Part shown: piece by piece, positions 46,263-56,551 of the stretch
Position numbering within the stretch: position 1 is the stretch's first letter
How the letters are laid out: each line of letters starts with the position of its first letter
DNA from: Candidatus Aenigmatarchaeota archaeon
GTDB lineage: Archaea; Aenigmatarchaeota; Aenigmatarchaeia; CG10238-14; SCSR01
Direction of reading: 5' to 3'
Assembly (NCBI GenBank): GCA_039091335.1
Contig: JAWCME010000001.1
Location: forward strand, 10,024 to 74,023
DNA length: 64,000 bases
The notes under the pieces: generated by a model
Database searches by the model: none
The model's input: the letters and a program-made list of their open reading frames with translations, nothing else
Told to the model about the DNA's origin: nothing
Position numbers and translations under genes: made by a program

Positions 46263-48959
46263 ATGATAAGTTACGTTAATGTAAAAAAATTCAAACCAGA
46301 TGAGAAAGTCTTATCACTACTTAGACCTTATGTTAAAGAATGGTTTAAAAGAAACTTTAAAGAATTGCTACTACACCAAAAATTTTCCGTAGAATTAATT
46401 AAAAGAGGGGAAAATATATTAGTTACCGCACCTACTGGAAGTGGAAAAACTTTGGCAGCCTTTCTATCGATACTTGATGAGCTTTTTTATCTTGGGGAAA
46501 AAGGAAAACTAGAGGATATGGTGTATTGTGTATATATTAGCCCTCTTAAGGCATTAATAAATGACGTAAATCGCAATTTACTTATACCATTACAAGAAAT
46601 AAGAGAAATTGCAAAAGAAGAAGGAATAGAATTACCTGAAGTAAGGGCTGCAGTTAGAACTGGTGATGTTCCTGCGCACGAAAAACAAAAACAACTAAAA
46701 TTACCTCCGCACATAATTTGCACTACCCCAGAAACAATTTCAATTGTTCTTAGTAGCATAAAATTTAGAGAAAAATTCAGAGATGTAAAATGGGTTGTTG
46801 TTGATGAAATCCATGAAATAGCAAATTCAAAAAGAGGTGTTCATTTATCCCTAAGTCTTGAAAGATTGCAGTATTTTGTGGGAAAAAACATAGTGAGGAT
46901 TGGATTAGGAGCAACATTAGAACCATTAAAAGAAATTGCAAGATTTTTAGTCGGATACGATAACGGAAAAGAAAGGAAGTGCAAAATTGTAGATGCGAGG
47001 TTCGTTAAACCTTTGGACATACGAGTGCTTTCCCCTGTCAAGAACATCCTATATACTCCAGCAGAAGTAACTACAAACGCCATGTATAAGCTTCTTAATA
47101 ATTTGATAAAACAACATAGAACAACACTTGTTTTTACTAACACAAGAAGTGGGACAGAAAGGGTTGTTCATCATTTAAAACAAATGTTTCCAGAGACTTA
47201 TACCGAAGATGACATTGGGGCGCATCATTCATCAGTATCAAGAGAAATAAGATTGGATCTAGAAAATAAGTTGAAACAGGGACTATTGAAAACCATAATT
47301 TCTAGCACAAGTCTTGAGCTAGGAATTGACATTGGATATATTGATTTGGTTATCCAACTTGGGTCTCCCAAAAGTATTTCTCGTTGCGTTCAAAGAATTG
47401 GGCGTGCTGGGCACAAATTGCATGAAACCTCAAAAGGAAGAATAGTTTGCATGGATAGAGACGATTTAGTTGAGACTACGGTAATGGTAAAAAAAGCTTA
47501 TGAATATTTCTTAGATAAAATCCAAATACCACAAAACTGTCTTGATGTTTTAGCTCAACATATAATGGGAATGAGCTTGGAACAAAAATGGAATGTGAAA
47601 GATGCATTTAATTTAATAAAAAATTCTTATTGTTATCGCAATTTAGACTTTAATTCTTTTCTTTCTGTTTTAGAATTTTTATCTGGAAGCTATCATAGTT
47701 TGGAAGAACAAAAAGTATATGGTAAGATTTGGTTTGACCAGAAAAACATGATGTTTGGAAGAAGAGGAAAATATGCAAGGGTAATTTATTCTTTAAATAT
47801 CGGAACAATCCCAGATGAAGTAAAAATAAAGGTTAGAACTTTAGACGGAAAATACATTGGGTCTATAGAAGAAGGGTTCTTACAAAGGCTTTTGCCTGGA
47901 GATGTTTTTGTTTTGGCTGGAAAAACTTATGAATTCAAAAAAGCAAGACAAGCTACTGCCCTTGTGGTCCCAGTAAAAGAAAAAAGACCAACAGTGCCTG
48001 CATGGTTTTCTGAAATGCTTCCTTTGAGCTTTGAGCTAGCATTAAAAATTCAAGAGTTTAGAGGAAAAATGTTTGAATTAGTAAAAAATAAGAGAAAGAA
48101 AGAAGTAATAGAATGGCTTTTAAACAATTATTATCTTGATAGGTGGAGTGCAAACTCGATTTATGAATATTTTCTATGGGAATATAGGTTTTTGAAATGT
48201 TTGGGAGCAAAAAGAGTTCCCGATGAAAAAACAATTCTGGTAGAAAATTACATAGATGAAAAAGGAAACCAAAACATAATATTCCATACTTTATTTGGAA
48301 GAAGAATAAACGATACAATATCAAGGGCTCTTGGTTATTTAATTACAAAAAAACTGAAAAAATCTGTTGGTTTAACAATTAGCGACAATGGATTTGTTAT
48401 ATCAATTCCATCTGAAAGTTTTGGTTCAGGGTGGCTTGATATTTTAACCCTTAAATCAAGGACGAAAAAAATGGGATTTAATAGAATTGAACCAAAAAAA
48501 ATTGTTAAACTTTTAAAAAGTTACGAGCTGGAAAAAATTTTAAGAAAGGCCTTAAGACAGACTGAACTAATCAAAAGAAGGTTTAGACATTGTGCTACTC
48601 GAAGCCTAATGATTCTAAGAAATTATAAGGGGTATGAGATAAGAGTTGCAAGACAGCAGTTCAATGCTGATAGACTACTAAGGGTTTGTGAAAAATTTGA
48701 AAAATTTCCTGTTGTCGAAGAAACCTATCGAGAGGTAATGCAAGATTTTATGGATTTAGAGCATGCCAAAAAGATTTTAAAGAAAATAGAAATGGGGAAA
48801 ATAAAGTATGAATTTTTGCCTGAGAGCAATGCTCCTTCTCCTTTCGCACATTCGCTAATAGTATTAGGAGAGTCTGATGTAGTTCTTATGGAAGATAGAA
48901 AAAGACTATTACTTGAACTGCACAAAAAAGTTATGGAAAGGGTGGGTGAAACTGATTAA
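46263..48959 (+). CDS. lhr: Lhr-core-type ATP-dependent helicase (DEAD/DEAH superfamily 2)
   Basis: 898 aa; Walker A APTGSGKT, DEIH, QRIGRAGH, plus the Lhr-specific WH/domain-4 region. Confidence 0.8.
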   Translation: MISYVNVKKFKPDEKVLSLLRPYVKEWFKRNFKELLLHQKFSVELIKRGENILVTAPTGSGKTLAAFLSILDELFYLGEKGKLEDMVYCVYISPLKALINDVNRNLLIPLQEIREIAKEEGIELPEVRAAVRTGDVPAHEKQKQLKLPPHIICTTPETISIVLSSIKFREKFRDVKWVVVDEIHEIANSKRGVHLSLSLERLQYFVGKNIVRIGLGATLEPLKEIARFLVGYDNGKERKCKIVDARFVKPLDIRVLSPVKNILYTPAEVTTNAMYKLLNNLIKQHRTTLVFTNTRSGTERVVHHLKQMFPETYTEDDIGAHHSSVSREIRLDLENKLKQGLLKTIISSTSLELGIDIGYIDLVIQLGSPKSISRCVQRIGRAGHKLHETSKGRIVCMDRDDLVETTVMVKKAYEYFLDKIQIPQNCLDVLAQHIMGMSLEQKWNVKDAFNLIKNSYCYRNLDFNSFLSVLEFLSGSYHSLEEQKVYGKIWFDQKNMMFGRRGKYARVIYSLNIGTIPDEVKIKVRTLDGKYIGSIEEGFLQRLLPGDVFVLAGKTYEFKKARQATALVVPVKEKRPTVPAWFSEMLPLSFELALKIQEFRGKMFELVKNKRKKEVIEWLLNNYYLDRWSANSIYEYFLWEYRFLKCLGAKRVPDEKTILVENYIDEKGNQNIIFHTLFGRRINDTISRALGYLITKKLKKSVGLTISDNGFVISIPSESFGSGWLDILTLKSRTKKMGFNRIEPKKIVKLLKSYELEKILRKALRQTELIKRRFRHCATRSLMILRNYKGYEIRVARQQFNADRLLRVCEKFEKFPVVEETYREVMQDFMDLEHAKKILKKIEMGKIKYEFLPESNAPSPFAHSLIVLGESDVVLMEDRKRLLLELHKKVMERVGETD

Positions 48960-49707
48960 AGAAATAGAAATTTTAAAAGGGATAAAAACAATAAATGGTT
49001 TTCCGGTAATTTTAATAGAAAGGCTTGATGCCATAGCTATAGCAGATATTCATTTGGGTTATGAGCTTGCCCTGGCTGAGGAGGGAATTTTTGTTCCTCA
49101 AACTCAACTAAAAGAAATTTTAAAAGATTTGAGGGGGGTTTTTAAGAAAACAAAAGTTAAAAATTTGATAATAGTTGGAGATGTGAAGCATGAGTTTGGT
49201 GAGGCGTCTGCCCAAGAATGGAGAGAGGTAAGAGAGTTAGTAGAATTCTTAAGAAAAAAAGTTAAAAAAATAATTCTTGTTAGAGGAAACCACGATAATT
49301 ATTTATTAAATATAATTTCTAAACTTGGAATAGATCTGTATGACCCATACTACTTCTCTAACGGAATTTGTTTTATTCATGGTCACAAAAAAACAAAACT
49401 TCCTAACTTTGAAATTTTAATAATTGCACATGAACATCCAAGCCTTGTTTTGAGAAGTGGTTACGACAGAGTAAAAGTACCGTGCATACTTGCAGGAAAA
49501 ACAAAGGAAAGAAAGGATTTTATTTGCTTACCTGCTATATCTCCACTTGCTTATGGGACTGATGTAAATATAATTTCATTAGAAGAAATTCTTTCTCCAA
49601 TCTTAAGAGAAGATACGGATTTTTACAATCTAACCCCAATTGTGTTGGATAAGGAAATTGGAACTCTAAAATTTCCAAAAATCAAGGATATATTAAGCCT
49701 TAGGTAA
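48913..49707 (+). CDS. metallophosphoesterase (MPE) nuclease partnered with Lhr
   Basis: ADIHLG, GDVKHEFGE, VRGNHD, GHKK (calcineurin-like). Probably starts at GTG 48946; overlaps the lhr 3' end. Confidence 0.65.
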   Translation: MNCTKKLWKGWVKLIKEIEILKGIKTINGFPVILIERLDAIAIADIHLGYELALAEEGIFVPQTQLKEILKDLRGVFKKTKVKNLIIVGDVKHEFGEASAQEWREVRELVEFLRKKVKKIILVRGNHDNYLLNIISKLGIDLYDPYYFSNGICFIHGHKKTKLPNFEILIIAHEHPSLVLRSGYDRVKVPCILAGKTKERKDFICLPAISPLAYGTDVNIISLEEILSPILREDTDFYNLTPIVLDKEIGTLKFPKIKDILSLR

Positions 49708-49740
49708 AAAGCTCAAAAATATATTATACAAATTCTTATT

Positions 49741-50205
49741 ATGGAAGATATAAAATACAAAACATCTAGAGTATCTTATATTCCAAATTACGTCCTTACT
49801 ATTCTACTTATAACCTTTATTTCTCTAATTTACTTGAATTTTGGTGGCGGAACTTTTTTTGTTTTGTTACTGTGCCCATCCTTTTTTATAATTTTTTTCT
49901 TAGTATTTGAAGCGGAGTTCGAGAAAATTTTTAGGGAATATAGAATAACAGAAGACGGAATAACAAAAATAGAGGGAGTATTATCAAAAAAAAGTACTAC
50001 AATTCCTTACTTGAATGTATCAGACGTAAGGCTTTACAAAAGCGTTTTGGGAAGAATGTTCAAATATGGAGATGTTGAAATAAAAGGCTATAATGAAGAG
50101 ATAAAAATGAGGGGAATCAGAAATCCTGAATGGTTGTATGAAAGAATAAAAGAGAAGATATCATCAGCAACAGGGCGTTTGAAAGAAGGAAGAGAGAAAT
50201 CTTAA
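49741..50205 (+). CDS. membrane protein with bacterial-type PH domain (DUF304-like)
   Basis: 2 TM plus a YdbT-like PH domain. Confidence 0.45.
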   Translation: MEDIKYKTSRVSYIPNYVLTILLITFISLIYLNFGGGTFFVLLLCPSFFIIFFLVFEAEFEKIFREYRITEDGITKIEGVLSKKSTTIPYLNVSDVRLYKSVLGRMFKYGDVEIKGYNEEIKMRGIRNPEWLYERIKEKISSATGRLKEGREKS

Positions 50206-50231
50206 TCTTTCAATATAGTTTAATAAGAGTT

Positions 50232-51533
50232 GTGATAATTTTGATTAACGAAAAAACGTTCTTTATAAAAACATATGGATGTACAAGCAACAAATCAGAT
50301 TCAGAAATAATGATCGCCCTACTCGAAAAAAACGGTTATAGAAGAACAAAACTGAATGAAGCAAGATACTTAATTTTAAACACATGTGGTGTAAAACAAC
50401 AAACGGAAGAAAAAATAATCTCGGCTCTTAAAAAATTTTCAAGCTTAAATTCAAGAATAATTATAGCAGGATGTCTTCCGAGAATAAACATAGAAAGAAT
50501 AAAAAAAGTTATTCCTTCTTTTTCTGCTATTATAGACACACGCTCTATTCATAGGATAGTTGAGGTAATTAAAAAAATTGAAGAAGGAAAAAATAATTTA
50601 ATATTTTTTTCAGATGAACCACCTATTAAACCAAGCATGCCAAAATCACTTACAAACCCAATTATAGGAATAATTCAAATATCCGAAGGATGTAATTTGG
50701 GTTGTAGTTATTGTTGCACAAGATTTGGAAGAGGAAGATTATATTGTTATCCAAAAGATGAAATTATAAAGGAAGCAAAACGTTTGTTAAGCATGGGATG
50801 TAAAGAGATTTACCTTACTTCTCAAGATACAGGAGCCTATAAATACGAAGATTTTACTCTTGTAGAATTAATAAATGAGATTTCAAAAATTGAAGGAAAA
50901 TTTTTTGTTAGAGTTGGAATGATGAATCCTGTACACGCAAAAAGAATTTTAGATGAGTTAGTATCTTCTTATCAAAATAAAAAAATTTTCAAGTTTTTAC
51001 ATTTGCCTTTAGAAAGTGGGTCAGATAATATTCTTTTAAAAATGAAGAGGGGGTATAAAGCAAATGATTTTATTAGTATAGTAGAAAGATTTAGAGAAAA
51101 AATTCCAGAGATTACAATTAGCACAGATGTAATAGTTGGTTTTCCGGGGGAAACTGAAGATGATTTTAGCTCTACTATCAAAATTCTGGAAAAAATCATG
51201 CCGGATATAGTTAATATTTCTAAATTTGGGCCAAGACCGGGAACAGAAGCTTCAAGAATGAAACAATTAGAAAGAAAAACCATAAATAAAAGAAGTTCAC
51301 TCTTATCGGAAATTGTCAGAAAAATTTGTCTTGAAAAAAATGAGAAGTGGATAGGGTGGGAAGGTAATATAATAGTAGACGAAAAGGGAAAAAATCAAAG
51401 CTGGATAGGAAGAAACTTTGCGTATAAGCAAGTTGTTATTAATTGTAATAAAAATATATTTGGTAAGTTTGTAGATGTCAAAATAATAGGAGCTGCCCCA
51501 ACTCATTTGATTGGAGAAATTGTAAAAATCTAA
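50232..51533 (+). CDS. radical-SAM methylthiotransferase (MiaB/MtaB family, archaeal e-MtaB-like)
   Basis: N-terminal MTTase domain with Cys; radical-SAM cluster GCNLGCSYCC; C-terminal TRAM. Confidence 0.7.
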   Translation: MIILINEKTFFIKTYGCTSNKSDSEIMIALLEKNGYRRTKLNEARYLILNTCGVKQQTEEKIISALKKFSSLNSRIIIAGCLPRINIERIKKVIPSFSAIIDTRSIHRIVEVIKKIEEGKNNLIFFSDEPPIKPSMPKSLTNPIIGIIQISEGCNLGCSYCCTRFGRGRLYCYPKDEIIKEAKRLLSMGCKEIYLTSQDTGAYKYEDFTLVELINEISKIEGKFFVRVGMMNPVHAKRILDELVSSYQNKKIFKFLHLPLESGSDNILLKMKRGYKANDFISIVERFREKIPEITISTDVIVGFPGETEDDFSSTIKILEKIMPDIVNISKFGPRPGTEASRMKQLERKTINKRSSLLSEIVRKICLEKNEKWIGWEGNIIVDEKGKNQSWIGRNFAYKQVVINCNKNIFGKFVDVKIIGAAPTHLIGEIVKI

Positions 51534-53026
51534 GCTTTTCTTGAAAAAAATTCTTCGACTTCTTTTTTAACCATCTTATTAACTAGCTCGCCATCAATTC
51601 TTCCCCTTGCCTCTTTCATCACAAGGCCCATCAATAGGTTTGCTGCCTGCCTAGCGTCTACTAGCCTTTCTTTGTTCTCCTTAATTTTCTCTTTTACAAT
51701 TTTTGATAATTCTGATTCGGAAATAGGTGAAAGGTTTAACTCTTCAATAAGCTCTAACAAACTTTTTTCTCTCTCTAATGCCATCTTTTCTAAAACAATA
51801 GAAATTCCCTCCTTTGCCATTTTTTTATCTTTAATTTTTTTAAACATATCAATGAACTCCTTATCTTCTATGTTTTCTACAGGAATGTTTCTCCTTTTAA
51901 GTTCTTTTAAAATGTTTGTAAAGGTGTTGGCTACAACTGTCGGTGAAATCTTTAATTTTTTCACTATTTCTTCGAACAAATGAAAATATTTTGACCTTAC
52001 AATTTGATTTGCAAGTTCATCAGAAAGTTTTAATTCTTTTTTTAATCTATATATCTTTTTATCCCAAGTTTCAGGTAACTTTTTCTTTATTTTCAAAATC
52101 ATTTCTTTTTTAATTGGTATTGGCAACAAATCTGTCTCAACATACATTCTAGCAGCTCCTGGCAATGGTCTTGTATAGCGAGTTGTTCCGTCTGGGTTTG
52201 CAGACCTTGTTTCTTCTTTAACATTCTCAAGGGAAAGTTGTCTTTGTATTTCCAACTCAATAACTTTTGCTATTAGACCAAGCTCCTGTATTCCCTTAAT
52301 CTCAACCCTTGGTCCGTTTCTTATACTAACATTAACATCTTGTCTTATACTTCCTATTTCAGTTTTAACTTTTCCTGTTGAATAGCATATAGCTCCAATT
52401 AATTTCGCTATATCTTCAATTTCCTCTGGTGTAAAATCACTTAAAATACCAGTAGCAATTTCAACCAAAGGTATCCCTAGCCTGTTTAACTTATAAGTAA
52501 CTTTTTTCTCCTCTTCAGAAAATATTCCAGCAGAATCTTCTTCTAAGCTAATATGCTTTATCTCAACTTTTTTACCCTTATAGTTTATGAAACCATTAAT
52601 TCCAATAATTGCTGTTCTTTGAAACCCGCATATGGCTGAGCCATCTATCAGCGTTTTTCTCATAACATGAATTTCATCTGGTATTTTGCAATTCATTAGC
52701 AAAGCTATATTCAATGCAATCTCAAGTGCCTCTTGATTTAAATCGTGTGGTGGTTCTTCATCTGTACAAACCAAACAAACCTCATTTGGAAAAACTTGAT
52801 AGTAAAAAACCCTATCTCTCGTAAATTCATATTGTGCTGCCACGTCAATTTCTCCGAGTTCACTTGCAACTGGATGTTGCTTTCTTTCTATTAGCATTAT
52901 TGGATTTTTCTCTTTCATTGTTGCAAGACAATTACAAAAAAGTTTGTTTTTTGTATTTAGTTGAACATGAATCTCTAAACCACATTTCAAATTCAGTTTT
53001 TTATAATCTACTTCCATATTTATCAC
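51530..53026 (-). CDS. gatE: Glu-tRNA(Gln) amidotransferase subunit E (GatB/GatE family)
   Basis: LKCGLEIHVQLNT.KLFCNC N-terminus; adjacent to and co-oriented with gatD. Confidence 0.7.
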   Translation of the reverse strand: MINMEVDYKKLNLKCGLEIHVQLNTKNKLFCNCLATMKEKNPIMLIERKQHPVASELGEIDVAAQYEFTRDRVFYYQVFPNEVCLVCTDEEPPHDLNQEALEIALNIALLMNCKIPDEIHVMRKTLIDGSAICGFQRTAIIGINGFINYKGKKVEIKHISLEEDSAGIFSEEEKKVTYKLNRLGIPLVEIATGILSDFTPEEIEDIAKLIGAICYSTGKVKTEIGSIRQDVNVSIRNGPRVEIKGIQELGLIAKVIELEIQRQLSLENVKEETRSANPDGTTRYTRPLPGAARMYVETDLLPIPIKKEMILKIKKKLPETWDKKIYRLKKELKLSDELANQIVRSKYFHLFEEIVKKLKISPTVVANTFTNILKELKRRNIPVENIEDKEFIDMFKKIKDKKMAKEGISIVLEKMALEREKSLLELIEELNLSPISESELSKIVKEKIKENKERLVDARQAANLLMGLVMKEARGRIDGELVNKMVKKEVEEFFSRKA

Positions 53027-53029
53027 AAA

Positions 53030-54277
53030 CTAAATAAGAAATGCCTCTACTATACTTCTATTTGAAATCTCTCCAGCAATATTTTCAAGCATCATCTTTC
53101 TTATTTTTTCCATATTTTTAGTTTTCCCCAATACCCACATCAATTTGCATAATGCGGCCTCTGGTGTCCAGTCACAGTTATGGCCAATAACACCAATTTT
53201 TTTCAGTAGTCGTCCTGCTGTATATACATTAAGATTAATTCTTCCGTAGATTGTTTGTGGTGCGATAACAACAGGAATCCCAGAATCTATCAGTCTTTTA
53301 AGGCTAGGAACTAAACTTTTACATAATTTATTGTTTGTTGGATTTGTTGAAACATGCCCAAGACCAGTACCAGCAATTACCACTCCGTCATAGAATTTTG
53401 CTAGATTTTCTATAAATTCTGGTTTAATTCCCGGGTGGCTATAGATTAGTGCAACATTTGGGTTTATTCTATCGTCAAGCTTAACTTCTCTGCTCCCCCT
53501 TTTTTTAAAATCATTCCTTAAATATTCTATTCTTCTTTCTAGGTACCAGACTTTTGCAAATGGTAAAACATTTATACTTCTAAAAGTATCCCTTCTTGAA
53601 GTATGCATTTTTCTCACTTTTGTTCCTTGATGCACATAACAAAAATCGTCTGAGCTAGTACCATGCATACAAACACTTACTTCTGCTATATCGCTTTTAG
53701 CAGCCGTTATTACTGCTGATAGTAAATTCATTGCATTGTCACTCGAACCCCTATCACTACTACGCTGAGACCCAACAAAAACCACTGGGATAGGCAAATT
53801 TTGAACCATAAAACTTATAGCAGCAGAGGTATAGTGCATCGTATCCGTGCCATGCATCAAAACTATGCCATCAACTTTTTTCTTAATTTCTTTTACAACT
53901 TCCCTAGCAATTATTTTCCAGTGGTATGGAGTAATGTCTTCTGAAAACAGTTCAAAAATTTTCCTTCCATTTATATTTGCTATCTCTTTTAAATCAGGAA
54001 AAGATAGTAGAAAGTCTGCTGGAGAAAATGCAGGAAATACTGCTCCTGTTCTATATTCCACTCTACTTGCTAATGTACCACCCGTACCCAAGATTGAAAC
54101 TTCTGGTTTTTCTGGTATTTTTTCTATCTCAAGTTTAGCTGACTTAAATTCTATTGGGCTACCTTTTTTAATCAACTCTATTTTAACATCCTTACTAAAC
54201 CTTATTCCAATGTTATATCCGTTGTCTAGCTTTATTACAATTGAATTAACATCACCAAACTCTATTCTTGGCATCAA
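53030..54277 (-). CDS. gatD: Glu-tRNA(Gln) amidotransferase subunit D (asparaginase-like)
   Basis: ILGTGGTLAS and LMHGTDTMHYT asparaginase motifs; 415 aa. Confidence 0.75.
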   Translation of the reverse strand: MMPRIEFGDVNSIVIKLDNGYNIGIRFSKDVKIELIKKGSPIEFKSAKLEIEKIPEKPEVSILGTGGTLASRVEYRTGAVFPAFSPADFLLSFPDLKEIANINGRKIFELFSEDITPYHWKIIAREVVKEIKKKVDGIVLMHGTDTMHYTSAAISFMVQNLPIPVVFVGSQRSSDRGSSDNAMNLLSAVITAAKSDIAEVSVCMHGTSSDDFCYVHQGTKVRKMHTSRRDTFRSINVLPFAKVWYLERRIEYLRNDFKKRGSREVKLDDRINPNVALIYSHPGIKPEFIENLAKFYDGVVIAGTGLGHVSTNPTNNKLCKSLVPSLKRLIDSGIPVVIAPQTIYGRINLNVYTAGRLLKKIGVIGHNCDWTPEAALCKLMWVLGKTKNMEKIRKMMLENIAGEISNRSIVEAFLI

Positions 54278-54447
54278 TATTCCATCATACCTGCTTTTTC
54301 CTTTACTAACACGTACAAAATCTCCAACTTCAATGCCATTTTTTTTAAGGTACTTTTGAATTTTTTCAGGATATGTTATAATATCACCCTAATATTTTGT
54401 TTGATTTTTTATAAAACAAATTAAATGCTCTAACAAAACCATCAAAT

Positions 54448-54472
54448 AGGAGGATTGTTTTTCTCGCCTCCT
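54448..54472 (-). terminator. hairpin followed by a T-rich run downstream of the Ygr210-like GTPase gene
   Basis: AGGAGG-13 nt-CCTCCT inverted repeat. On the minus strand it is followed by ATTTGATGGTTTT. Confidence 0.2.
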
Positions 54473-54513
54473 CCATTAAATTTCATACTGAATATTTGGT
54501 TTCTAATTTTTAT

Positions 54514-55683
54514 TTATTTTGCAAACATTATCTCAATTACATCGTTGTTTTTCAACTCATAGTCAGCTGCTAGTCTTTTTTTTGTCCTTGCGTCTATACC
54601 ACAAATAAACTTTTCTCCTATTTCTGTATGGATCATATAAGCAAAATCCCTTATTTTTGTTTTATTCGGAACAAGGAAAGCGTCTGGAAGTATTCTGCCT
54701 TCGTTGTCGGTAAGACTTTTAGAATCGGCAACAGGAAAAACAACAATGTAGTTTAAAAATTCAAAAACTGCCTTATTTAAGCACTCTTGAACTCCGGTTG
54801 AACCATACTTATCTATTATCTCTTTTTTAATGAACTCTAATGCATTTTTTTGGTTCTCTTCCAATTCTACTAAAATTTTAAAACCGTTTCCAGGGAAATA
54901 ATCTATAAGTCCTTTTTCAGCGGCCTTCTTTAAGGCAATTTCAGCTTCTGCACTCGTTGGAATTGCATTGTATTTCTCCCTTAATTTTTCAAAATTTTCT
55001 TGTGCCCTCTTTAAATCAATCTTGTTTGCAGCTATCAAAATTGGTTTAGATATTTTTCTCAAAACACTTGCAAATTTTTTTATGTCGTTTAGTGATGTCT
55101 TTTCCAGTGCTGCTTCTATTTGATCCTTTCTAACTTCTAAACCGCTTAGTTGTCTTGTTAACAACTGAACTAAATTTGTTTTACTTTCTAATCCCACTTT
55201 CTCAATTTTTTTCATAGCTCTTTCTATTATATCAGCAAACCAGAAATCTATTTCCTTCTCTAGAAATTTTATTTCCTCTTCTGGATCATAGTTTGTGGTG
55301 GGTCTTCCCTCAGCATCCGTTAGTCCAGAGCAATCAACAATTTGAATCAATACAGAGGCTTGTCTCAAATCGTCTAAAAATTTGTTTCCAATTCCTTTTC
55401 CTAAATGGGATCCTGGTATAAGACCACCAACATCTATAAGCTTGACAGGAATGAACCTTTTTCCGTCTTTACAAATTCCGCTTCTTGGATTACATTTAAC
55501 TCCAAACTCCTTACATACGCATTCTACTATAACATAAGCTATACCAACATTTGGCTCTATCGTACAAAACGGTATTCCTGTTATTTTTACGTCTCTTAGT
55601 GTAGAAGCCTTAAAAAAACTGGATTTTCCTGAAGAGGGTTTGCCTATCAACCCTATTATCATATTTAACTCCCTGTTAAACAC
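54514..55683 (-). CDS. Obg-family GTPase, Ygr210/YchF-like, with C-terminal TGS/MoaD-like domain
   Basis: GLIGKPSSGKSSFFKA Walker A; NKIDL; C-terminal YELKNNDVIEIMFA. Confidence 0.65.
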   Translation of the reverse strand: MFNRELNMIIGLIGKPSSGKSSFFKASTLRDVKITGIPFCTIEPNVGIAYVIVECVCKEFGVKCNPRSGICKDGKRFIPVKLIDVGGLIPGSHLGKGIGNKFLDDLRQASVLIQIVDCSGLTDAEGRPTTNYDPEEEIKFLEKEIDFWFADIIERAMKKIEKVGLESKTNLVQLLTRQLSGLEVRKDQIEAALEKTSLNDIKKFASVLRKISKPILIAANKIDLKRAQENFEKLREKYNAIPTSAEAEIALKKAAEKGLIDYFPGNGFKILVELEENQKNALEFIKKEIIDKYGSTGVQECLNKAVFEFLNYIVVFPVADSKSLTDNEGRILPDAFLVPNKTKIRDFAYMIHTEIGEKFICGIDARTKKRLAADYELKNNDVIEIMFAK

Positions 55684-55711
55684 TTATATATCAAAATTTA
55701 AAAAATAAATA

Positions 55712-56521
55712 ATGGGGATTGTTGAAATCATAACAAAGAGTTTGAAGGAAACAATAAAATTAAAAAGATTCCTTCCATTTTTTCTTCTATATTTACTTTT
55801 TTCACTCTGTTGCATAATTTTTCTTTTACCAACCCTACAAATCATGCCATCTGTTTTATCTTTTCGTCAACCAACCATATCAGCTGGTATTGTGATAGTA
55901 AACTTATCTGCCACCTTCATAATCTTCATCATAGTAATCCTTACAAACCTGTGGTTTACTGGAGCATTAATATTCGACATACAAACAAACACGGGTTTTG
56001 ATTTGGGACTTAAACATTCTCAAAAATTATACATCCGAATTTTGGGGATAAGCTTTCTTGTTTTTGTTTTAAACCTTTTATCAACTGTACTTGAAAGAAT
56101 AAGCTTTGTAATCAGAATTCTTATTGATTGGGTTTTTATGTTCTCCATTCCAGCGATAATAATAAAGAAGGATAGTTTTGAAAATGCAATTCTAAGAAGT
56201 TATAAAATTGTTAGAAAAAACATAATAAAAACATTTGTTTTTTATATTTTGGTAGTGCTGATTTCTTCCCTTATTTTAATCACTGGCATATTTTTCTCAG
56301 CTCTGATAATCTTTCCTTTGGTTTCAAAAATAATCAAAACAATTTCTTTTTTTGAGATAAACAGGGCTCAGTTAGCACAAATAGCATCTCTTTTAATCGA
56401 CAATTATATAAGTCTTATACTTGCTTCAGTAATCTTGTCCTTTTTCTTTTCAATATCTCATGTTTTTAACTATACATCAAAAACCAAATTCTTCCTCAAA
56501 TATCTAAGAAAAAGGATTTAA
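55712..56521 (+). CDS. hypothetical polytopic membrane protein (269 aa)
   Basis: About 6 TM; no family recognised. Confidence 0.35.
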   Translation: MGIVEIITKSLKETIKLKRFLPFFLLYLLFSLCCIIFLLPTLQIMPSVLSFRQPTISAGIVIVNLSATFIIFIIVILTNLWFTGALIFDIQTNTGFDLGLKHSQKLYIRILGISFLVFVLNLLSTVLERISFVIRILIDWVFMFSIPAIIIKKDSFENAILRSYKIVRKNIIKTFVFYILVVLISSLILITGIFFSALIIFPLVSKIIKTISFFEINRAQLAQIASLLIDNYISLILASVILSFFFSISHVFNYTSKTKFFLKYLRKRI

Positions 56522-56551
56522 AAACAAATAGTTTTATGAGAAATCATTAAT

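Noticed and set aside
53847-54359. Plus-strand 170-aa ORF
   Set aside because: Antisense to gatD with low-complexity S/L/F-rich composition; shadow ORF.
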